Part shown: one piece after another, positions 37,801 to 45,800 of the stretch | Layout of the letters: each line of letters opens with the position of its first letter | How positions within the stretch are numbered: position 1 is the first letter of the stretch | DNA from: Candidatus Latescibacterota bacterium | GTDB taxonomy: Bacteria; Latescibacterota; UBA2968; UBA8231 | DNA length: 64,000 nucleotides | Assembly: GCA_965197905.1 (NCBI GenBank) | Contig: CBDAOB010000004.1 | Coordinates: 1,792,001 to 1,856,000 of the forward strand | Direction of reading: 5' to 3' | The notes under the pieces: model-generated | Database searches by the model: none | What the model saw: the letters and a program-made list of their open reading frames with translations, nothing else | Told to the model about the DNA's origin: nothing | Made by a program: the position numbers and the translations under genes

Positions 37801-39448
37801 GAAGCTGAAACGCCGCTACCTGCCAGGATGGTGGCCCACCGAGGACGGGATTGCTCTTTACAACGTCGGCGAAGTAGCAGTGACTCGTTACCGCTATCGA
37901 TCGGCGCGGATCCCTTCTCCCTGGCCTGCGACAACCGGATGAGACTCTGCGGTCACACGGCACCTTGTGGAGAGCCGGATGCGTGGTAACGCGCACGTCC
38001 GGTTCGGAGGGCGGGCCGGAGAAACCCACATCACGCGTGTGGCGCAGGGCGCTCCGGTCCGACCCTACTACATGCTGCTGCGCGGCGAGCATGGTCTCAC
38101 CCGCAACCGGGGACTGGCGCACGAGCATGCCGACGAGACCAGCTTCATCATCTACGCTTTTGGAGAGATGCTGGCTGTGGATGCGGGGTATATCAACTTC
38201 ACCAACCACCACAAGGTCAATGCTGGTCGCAATCACAACGTCATCCTGGTGGACGGTGAAGGGCCGCCGCTGTTCGTGGATCCGTTGATCGGCGAGTCCA
38301 TCGGCGGCGGCAACAACGCGTTTATCGAGGAGTTTTTCAGCACCGAGCACCAGGACTACGCGGAAGTGCGCGCCCAGTACGGCGGCGTCGACCTGCGGCG
38401 GCGGGTGATGTTTCCCGGAAAACAGTATTTCATTCTGGCCGATGAGGTGCGCGATCTCGAGGTCCACCAGTACGAATGGCGTCTCCACGGAAACGGGGGT
38501 GGAGACACCGGTGCTGACTATTCCCGTGCCGGCCCCTTGGCGCGCTGGGTCCGACCCAAAGCACAACTGGTCGCCTTCGTCGTCCCCCAGGACGAACTCA
38601 CGTTGGCCGAAGCCGACACCGTCCATTCCTTCACGTTTAGCCAGGAGAAAACCCATACCTTTCTGCAGGCTCAGACCACCGGTAGCAACGTGGAGTTTCT
38701 ATCCGTATTGGTTCCCGGGGCAAGCGGAATGCCGATGCCCTCCTTCGATGTCGGCAGCGCAACCGGCGCCCAAGCTGTGCACATTGAAGGGGACGGATTC
38801 CGCGATCTGGCGTGGGTCGCCGAGCACGGCGCCGACTCCATTCTGGTCGAAGATCAAAGCGGCAGTGTCCGCACCGACGCCCGCTTTGGACAGCTCCGCT
38901 ACGAAGGCGATCTGTTGCGGTCTTACACGATTCAGGACGCCAGCTTTCTGCGCGTCGGGACGGAGGAGGTCTTCAGTGCCGCAGATACGGTCGATCTTTC
39001 CTTCAACTTCGACGAGGGTGGCCTACGGGGGTTTGTCGCGGCGGCGGACGGTGGGGTCGAGATCCTGATACCCGTGTCCGCTTCGGCGCTGGATTCGTTG
39101 CAATTCGACGGGACGCTGCTTGACAGTAGTCTCGCCGCGGGGCGACTGAGCCTGAGGATTGCCGGTGCAGGCCGTCTTGTGGTGCGTACCCAACCAACAC
39201 CAGCGGACACCGTCGGAGGAGAGTCAAGCGGTCAGACGGCGGCAGCGGAGGAGGCGGGCTCTGCTGCCGAACCGGGGGATTTCGACCACAGCGGTCTGGT
39301 CGACCTGGAGGACTTCAGCTTGTGCGCCCAGGCATACGACTCCAACGCAACGACAGCGACGGCGACTTTCGATCTGAACGACGACGGCAGGATAGATTTC
39401 GAGGATTTCTTCCTCTTTGCGGATCTCTTCCCGCAGTCCGCTCCGTAA
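34868..39448 (+). CDS. Secreted heparinase II/III-like polysaccharide lyase with dockerin/EF-hand-like tail; exons 34868-35927 and 38069-39448; extra frameshift near 35185
   Basis: HPSLLF, NW, DGGYAEGPFY in exon 1; spliced junction RNDWSADGI|YMLLRGEHG; HEHADETSF..DAGY, HNVILVDG; C-terminal GDFDHSGLVDLEDF / DLNDDGRIDFEDF. Confidence 0.85.
35928..38068 (+). mobile_element. Group II intron (2141 nt), complete
   Basis: 5' GTGCGC; domain V GAGCCGGATGCGTGGTAACGCGCACGTCCGGTTC (37972-38005, AGC triad); domain VI with bulged A at 38062; 3' end CCCTAC; excision restores the host reading frame. Confidence 0.95.
36512..37942 (+). CDS. ltrA: Group II intron reverse transcriptase/maturase, no endonuclease domain
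   Basis: AGGAGG RBS before GTG; GVDG, RRLGIP..RDRVVQ, SYGFRP, EGDI..CFD, GTPQGGILSP, RYADD, GFDFLG, LRGWANYF; ends without an HNH. Confidence 0.95.
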   Translation: MNASASWPEAEQARNRVLEIQTKLHRWAVEDRSKCFDDLFNLVCDPAFLSVAWRRVRSNKGARSAGVDGQTAYSVETERGEEAFLAEVRVDLKTRSFRPLPVRERLIPKPGTTKKRRLGIPTARDRVVQAALKLVLEPIFEADFKPCSYGFRPNRRAQDAIAEIHQFCSRSYEWVVEGDIRACFDEIDHAALLDRVRRRIGDKHVLRLVKAFCKAGVLTEQSVLQESTSGTPQGGILSPLVANIALSVLDDYFTEVWRKVGATSSARQAHRRKGLPTCRLVRYADDFVLLVAGTEAAAYDLRDQAGVTLTPMGLHLSETKTAITHISRGFDFLGFRIQKRRKPGPVGARIYTWPRKESLARLKSTVRAVTRTGRQRPLKSLLRQLNPVLRGWANYFQYGVSKATFNYVRGFTWRRVVHWLRRKHPRFNWRKLKRRYLPGWWPTEDGIALYNVGEVAVTRYRYRSARIPSPWPATTG

Positions 39449-39473
39449 CAACAGCTTCCCGGCGGAGTGACTG

Positions 39474-39926
39474 CTACACCGCGGTCATCGCGTAGTTCAG
39501 AATCTCCACCACCTGCGCTGGCTCGGAAGCTACCGCCTGTGCGGCGGCGTCGACCTCCTTTAGCGGGTGCCGAAGGTCAGGCGGATGCAGCACAATCAGC
39601 GGCTTGTTCAGGGCGAAGGCGTATCCGGCATCGAAAGCGGCATTCCACTGCCGGTACTCTTCGCCAAATTTCACCACCACAACATCGCAATCGCGTATAA
39701 GCGTGCGCGTGCGAATGGCGTTGATCTTGCCCCCTTTGTGATCGGTCCAGAACGAATCCTCTTCGGGGCCGAGAATGTCGACACCGCAACCATCGCTGGC
39801 GCCATGGTCCATCACCGGCGCGAAGAACAGCACGTCGAGCTCTGCCTCCTCGGCGCCCTGAGTAATTTGCTGGCGCCAATCGCTGTGCACTTCGCCGGCC
39901 AGATAAACCTTCCATTGCTTTGACAT
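39474..39926 (-). CDS. YtoQ family protein (nucleoside deoxyribosyltransferase-like fold)
   Basis: VYLAGEVHSDWR, DH..SD.CG..ILG, INAIRT, FGE.YRQWNAAFDAG, HPLKEVDAAA. Confidence 0.88.
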   Translation of the reverse strand: MSKQWKVYLAGEVHSDWRQQITQGAEEAELDVLFFAPVMDHGASDGCGVDILGPEEDSFWTDHKGGKINAIRTRTLIRDCDVVVVKFGEEYRQWNAAFDAGYAFALNKPLIVLHPPDLRHPLKEVDAAAQAVASEPAQVVEILNYAMTAV

Positions 39927-40125
39927 CTCGCTCCCCCACGGTTTGGTTGTCGGCTGCCGGCATCGCGTCTATCGACGCGGCCGTGACGCTCGCATCGTCA
40001 TTGTGCCGATACACGAAAAAAATAGTAGGATTCGGCTGTGAGTGGCGCAATTCTTCTTGCCGCTTACCGTTCGGCCTCCTATGTTCTGTGCATCGAATCA
40101 GGCGGTTTCATCAAGGAGGTCGGCG

Positions 40126-40428
40126 ATGAAGTCTGCAATCGAGCTGGCAATGGAAAAAGCGGATGGTGCAGTTGATGGTGACGACTACGTCAAATTAACT
40201 CCGGAACAGGTACAGGCTATTGATCAGGTGACGAAGGAGTACGAAGCCAAGTGGGCTGAGCAAGAGATCATGGTAAAGGGCAAGTTGGAAAAGATGCAAC
40301 GGGAGGTCGATCCGCAGACCATGGCCGAGCATCAACGGCAGTTCCAGAACGAGATCAACCAGTTGCGCGAGCAGATATTTACCGAACGCGACAGCAAGAT
40401 CGAAAAGATTCGTCAACAAGCTACATAA
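40126..40428 (+). CDS. Conserved hypothetical helical protein (MKSAIELAMEK N-terminus)
   Basis: AAGGAGG RBS; coiled-coil-like composition; followed by a terminator. Confidence 0.75.
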   Translation: MKSAIELAMEKADGAVDGDDYVKLTPEQVQAIDQVTKEYEAKWAEQEIMVKGKLEKMQREVDPQTMAEHQRQFQNEINQLREQIFTERDSKIEKIRQQAT

Positions 40429-40451
40429 CAGAGTTTTCGAGAGGCGGGCAG

Positions 40452-40487
40452 AAGCGGGAAGGTCTACGGACCGACCCGCTTTTTGTT
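40452..40487. terminator. Terminator between convergent genes
   Basis: AAGCGGG..GGTC / GACC..CCCGCTT hairpin followed by TTTT. Confidence 0.65.
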
Positions 40488-40493
40488 GGCCTA

Positions 40494-42857
40494 CTATAGG
40501 CTGCGGGCACAGCGGAAGCCGATGGTGTAGTCGAAGCGGGAGTTTGGTCCATAAGCGAGGCGGTTGGTGGCCAGATGGATGTGGGGGTTCTGGTCGGCCA
40601 GCGAACCCCCTCGCAGGACCTTGAGCCCGGCCTCGCCAGCCTCGGTGTTCAGCGGGTCTCGAGTCGGACCGGTCACGTAATAGTCCCGCGACCACCAGTC
40701 GGCCACCCATTCCCACACATTGCCCGACATATCGAGCGCTCCGTACGGACTTGCTCCTCGCAGTTTCGAACCCACCGGCCAGGTGCTCTCCTGTCCGCAC
40801 CCGTCGCCGCCGTCATCCATGACGATCCAGTCGCAATCGGGATCTTCATCGCCCCACGGGTAGCGCTGACCCTCCGTGCCGCGGGCCGCTTTCTCCCATT
40901 CCGCCTCGGTGGGCAAGCGCTTATTCGCCCACCTGCAGTAGGTGTTGGCCTGAAACCAGGTGACGGCGTTGACCGGGTGCAACGCCCGTTCCGGCTTTCC
41001 CCAGTTGGTGAAGTCGCCTTCGAAGTGCAGCCGATACGCCTCCGGCCCGCTGTACGGTTCGCTACAGGACCTGTCGTGGACGCAGGCCTCGTATTCGGCC
41101 ACGGTGACTTCGTGCCGGTCAATATGGAAGGCGCTGACGAAAACCGTGCGCTCAGGCCGCTCGTCGCCGGCGCCCCGTTCGGCTCCCATGCGGAAGGGAC
41201 CGGCCGCTACCAAAACCATTTCCTCCAGGTCGACAGGAAGCACCGCGCCCGCCACGGGAACATCCCCCTCCTGGCGTTGTACAAAGCGGTTTCTCTGGCG
41301 CCAGTCTGAATGCCTTCGAGCTGCGGATTCGATGCCCGGATCCGGCACCTGAGTGGCGGCAATAGTGGGACCGGAGGTGGCACAGCGCACCCCCACATAC
41401 GGGTACCATCGCAGGGGCGGCATGCGGTAACGGTTTGCGGCGCGCATGTCCGGGTCCGGATCGACGTAAAACCAGCCATTGCCGCGCAACACTTTGCGAC
41501 TTCCGTCTCCCAGGTGCACCGGGTTTTCCACCGGAGCCTTGGCATAATAGCTGCGGTCGTAGTCGTCCATGACCCACTCCCAGACATTTCCGGCCATATC
41601 CAGCAGGCCGTACGGACTTGCACCCAAAGGCCGTCCTCCCGCGGGACCGGTGCCATCATGCCCACAGCCCAGTCCCAAACCCGCACGCATCATGATGGCG
41701 CGGTCGCAATCGCCCGCTCCGCCAGGCGGGGTGTTCCCCCACGGGTAGCTAAACCCAAAGGTCCCCCGCGCCCCTTTCTCCCACTCGGCCTCCGTCGGCA
41801 GCCGCATTCCGGCCCAACTGCAATAACGCGAGGCATCGAACCAGCTGATACAGTTGGCCGGATGGTCGTCACGGTCGTCCCGTCCCCAGTTGCACGCCTC
41901 GCCGCTGGCCGCTTCGGGACAGGCGCCCGCTTCGACACACCGTCGATACTGGGCTTGGGTTACCTCGAGTTGCTGCAGGAAATACCCGTCCAGGAATACC
42001 GCGTGGGGGGGTGATTCATCCTGGTACTTTTTACTGCCCATGGTGAACGAACCGCCGGGTACGCCCAACAGCAGGGCCGATTCGCCCGACGGCAGCGGTT
42101 CATTGCGCCGTCCCAAAGAAACGGTGAGTTGGGTATCGAACTCCCGGGCAAACGGCTGGACATTCTCCCTCCGCAGGGTCTCGATCCCGATCCCCGACAC
42201 CTCGACGTCGAAGCGCGCTTGCACGACCGCCTTGGGAGACCAGCTGCCCGCAGAGTGCCGATTCGTGCTCCCGTCCAACAGGGTCAGCTTTCGACTCGCC
42301 GCGAATTCTCCCGCCACCAGGCGATAAAAATAGACCCCGGCGGCCACGGCCTGGCGCCGATCGTCTGTTCCGTCCCAAACGATTCGATAGGTGCCAGCGG
42401 ACAGATCTTGATCAACGAGGCGCCGCACCCGCCGACCGAGCAGATCGTAGACCTGGAGCCCTACCTGGGTTGAATGGGACAAGTGGAACGGGATGACCGC
42501 CAGGGGATTGAACGGGTTGGGAAACGCGAAACCCAGCTGGGTCTTGGCATAGTTGGGGGAGCGTGAGGAGGAACTGCTGATGGACGTGGCAACGTCGGGA
42601 AGGGAGACGACGTAGGAACCGCTGGCAGTTGTCCGCGTCTCAAACAGGTCGCCGGAACCCTGGTCGATAAATCGCACTGTAACCCCGGCCACCGGGTGCC
42701 GATCAAGATCGAGCCGAACCGTGCCCAAAACCTCGAACCCCCAACTGGGCAAGGCCATCCCCACTAAGACGAGGAAGTTTGCTGGACAGTGCCACCGGAG
42801 GGTTCTACTTTTCAGCAGATCGAACACCGTATCTTCTTTTTCTTCAACCAGTTCCAT
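40494..42857 (-). CDS. Secreted protein with internal FlgD/T9SS-CTD-like domain and two tandem FGE-sulfatase-fold domains
   Basis: FPNPFNP...YDLLGRRVR...WDG...GVYFYRL; two copies of RLPTEAEWEK / DM.GNVWEW / G.RCA. Start probably about 42827. Confidence 0.88.
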   Translation of the reverse strand: MELVEEKEDTVFDLLKSRTLRWHCPANFLVLVGMALPSWGFEVLGTVRLDLDRHPVAGVTVRFIDQGSGDLFETRTTASGSYVVSLPDVATSISSSSSRSPNYAKTQLGFAFPNPFNPLAVIPFHLSHSTQVGLQVYDLLGRRVRRLVDQDLSAGTYRIVWDGTDDRRQAVAAGVYFYRLVAGEFAASRKLTLLDGSTNRHSAGSWSPKAVVQARFDVEVSGIGIETLRRENVQPFAREFDTQLTVSLGRRNEPLPSGESALLLGVPGGSFTMGSKKYQDESPPHAVFLDGYFLQQLEVTQAQYRRCVEAGACPEAASGEACNWGRDDRDDHPANCISWFDASRYCSWAGMRLPTEAEWEKGARGTFGFSYPWGNTPPGGAGDCDRAIMMRAGLGLGCGHDGTGPAGGRPLGASPYGLLDMAGNVWEWVMDDYDRSYYAKAPVENPVHLGDGSRKVLRGNGWFYVDPDPDMRAANRYRMPPLRWYPYVGVRCATSGPTIAATQVPDPGIESAARRHSDWRQRNRFVQRQEGDVPVAGAVLPVDLEEMVLVAAGPFRMGAERGAGDERPERTVFVSAFHIDRHEVTVAEYEACVHDRSCSEPYSGPEAYRLHFEGDFTNWGKPERALHPVNAVTWFQANTYCRWANKRLPTEAEWEKAARGTEGQRYPWGDEDPDCDWIVMDDGGDGCGQESTWPVGSKLRGASPYGALDMSGNVWEWVADWWSRDYYVTGPTRDPLNTEAGEAGLKVLRGGSLADQNPHIHLATNRLAYGPNSRFDYTIGFRCARSL

Positions 42858-42890
42858 CTCACGCTACGAACAGCAGCAAGCTCCGTCAAC

Positions 42891-45800
42891 ATGCTTCCTG
42901 TCTCAGCTGCAGCCCTGCTCACGCTGTTTCTAGCGGCGCGGTGTGGCGCGAATCAGTTAGAGCTGGTGGCCAGTGATGCCATTGGCCTCACCGTCGAGTT
43001 TCGCCAAACTGCTCAGCCTCCCATCGAGCGCCAGATTCAGGGTAAGCGGTTCCACGAGCTCTCGGTGTCCGGCCCCCGGCCTCTGGCGCCAGGGATCCCT
43101 TCGGTGCCGTTTCGGTCGACGTTGATAGCAGCGCCTGCCGGTTCCGGGCTCCGTCTCGAGGTGCTTGAGGCGCACTACCTGCAGTACGAAGAGATCGACC
43201 TGCTGCCGGTGGTAGCGGCCATTGCCAGCGACGGGGGGGTCGAACTGTTCCGCCGAGATCCGCTGGCCTACGGCACCGACACCTTTGGGCCGCCCGAACT
43301 GGCTACGAGCGAGTTCCTCGGCATCCAACGAGGGGTCCACTCGCATCGGTTACAGCTACACCCGTTTCGGTACAATCCGGTGCGGCGGGTGTTGCGAGTG
43401 TTCGATCGGCTGGTCATTCGGGTGCACTTCGTAGGGGGCCGCCTTTCGAAGGTGCCGCCTATCGGCGCTCGACGTTCCCCCTTCCACGGCCATTTCTTGA
43501 ATCCCGTTTATCCGGCGGCGCGTCGGCCGGTCGCCAAAACGAGTCAGAACGAATGGTACGATCGCACCCAACCATGGGTGAAGCTGGTGGTGGACCGGGA
43601 CGAGCTGTTTCGCGTCGAGAGGGGATTTCTCGAGGGGTTGGATCTCGACTTGAATGGGGTCGATCCGCGCACGTTTCGGCTCTTCCACCGGGGACGCGAA
43701 CAGAGGGTATTCGTCTCGGGGGAAGAGGACGGCATCTTCGATAAAGGGGATTTCCTCCTTTTCTACGGTCAGTTTCGCCGCGACGATCGCGATTTCGACA
43801 GCATTTTCGGTCGGCAGAACACCTACTGGCTCACCTGGAGTGGCGAGCGGGGACGGCGCTTCGTCGAACGGGACGGGGCTCCCACAAACCAGTTTCCCGA
43901 GTCGATCTATCACTGGTCGACGGCTCACTTCGAGCAGGATCTGTGGTATGACCCGCTACCCGATGCGCCGGACAATCTGCGCGATCACTGGTTCTGGGAT
44001 CAGCCGGTCTTTGCAACCAAACCGGACGTGCCTTCCTCGCGCATATTCGCCCGCGACCTGAGCTATCCCAAGCTCGACGAAGAGTACACGGCGCGCCTTC
44101 GCGTGGCTCTCCACGGAACGACCAATCTGGGCCATCATACGGTGGTAAAACTGAATAACAAGGAGATCGACGACGCCATCTGGGAGGGCCAGGTGGAACG
44201 TAGATTCGAGCGCGAAATCCCCAGCAACTACCTGCGCGACGGCACCAACCGGATCCTGCTCCAAGCTTTCGCCGATCAGGCAAAGTGGGACCAGGTGTTT
44301 TTCAACTGGTTCGCGATCGATTACCGCAGGCTCTACCGCGCCAAGGTCGGTTTCTTGTCGTTTGAAAGACCGGCCATCCCCAGCGGGGAAAGGATCTCAA
44401 TTGGTGGTTTTCACAACCGCAAGATACAACTATTCGATGTGGCGAATGGGATCCGCTTCACAAGCATAGAGGTCGACTCGACCGAGACTGGAATCGCTGC
44501 GACCTTCGAACATCGATCGGCGGAGGTTGCGGCCTTCGTGATCGTCGACAGCACCCGGATTCTCAGCCCCGCCGGCTCCGTTGACGAACCCTCCGCTTGG
44601 CGCACACCAGATCGCGCCGCGGACTATCTCATCATTACACACCCGCTCTTCGTGGAATCGGCGGAGCGCCTTGCCCGCCACCGCCAACGCAACGGTCTGA
44701 CCACGGCGATCGTTAGCACGGAGGATATCTACGACGAGTTTTCGTTTGGCCTTTTTGATCGCGATGCGGTGAAGGCGCTGGTTCAATACAGCTATGATTT
44801 CTGGGAAACGCGGCCGACCTACCTGCTGCTCATGGGGGATGCCACCTTCGACTACCGCAATCTCTTCGGCGGCGGAGCCCCAAGTTTCGTGCCCAGCACA
44901 TATTACCACGCCCGCAACCGGGGCCATGCCCCGAGCGACGTTCCGTATGGATTCCTAGAAGGGGACGACCTTCTGCCCGACTTGGCCGTGGGCCGTTTGG
45001 CCGTCGGGTCGCCCGAGGAAGCGGCAGCGGCGGTGGAAAAGATCATCCGCTACGACACCGAACCCGAACCGGGTCCCTGGCGCGGCCGCGTCGTCTACGG
45101 GGCCAACTACCACGCTCGGGGTCTCTTCACCGAACCCAGCGACCGCCTCGCGGACCGCTATACCGAACCCTTGGGGCTGCAATCGATCAAGGTCTACAAC
45201 GAAGATAACGCCCCCATTCCCAACGCCACGGGGAAGCGATTCCTCGATGCCCTAAATGACGGTGCGCTGCTGGTCAATTTCAGCGGCCACGGCAGCGCCG
45301 GCACCATGCAGTTTCTGTTCTCCCTGCAATTCCCGGACTGGGATTATCTGAGCCAGGTGAACAATGACCGGCGTCTGCCTCTGGTGCTGGCGCTTTCCTG
45401 CCTGAACGGCATGTTCGCCAATCCCCACGTGGAGAGTCTGGGGGAGGTTTTCACCGACAAACCCACGGGGGGTTCGATCGCGTATATCTCCGCTACAGCT
45501 GAGAGTTTTGTCGCCCAGAACGAGCTCCTGGGCGAGAACCTGTTCGCAGAATTGTTTGAACGGGGGAATCTGGCGTTCGGGCTGAGTCTCAACGCCGCCA
45601 AGACCCAGGTCCTGGCCGCCCATTCCAGTTTCAAGGAGGCGGTACTGACCATGCAGCTTTTCGGGGACCCGGCGCAGAAGCTGGCCCTGCAGCGCGCGCC
45701 CGATTTTGTGGCTGCGCACCTCAGCGTCCCGTCGCAGGCGCTGTTCCCAGGGGAAAGGACATCGATCGAGCTGGGACTGGAAAACCACTCCATTTCTACC

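Noticed and set aside
37967..38068. ORF start MESRMRGNAHVRFGGR as a real N-terminus
   Set aside because: This is intron domain V/VI read in frame; the real exon starts at 38069.
24202..42857. Diversity-generating retroelement (an RT near FGE/CLec-fold genes)
   Set aside because: The RT lies inside a complete group II intron with domains V and VI and has a maturase domain. By eye I found no template repeat differing at adenines from the FGE C-termini and no avd-like gene.
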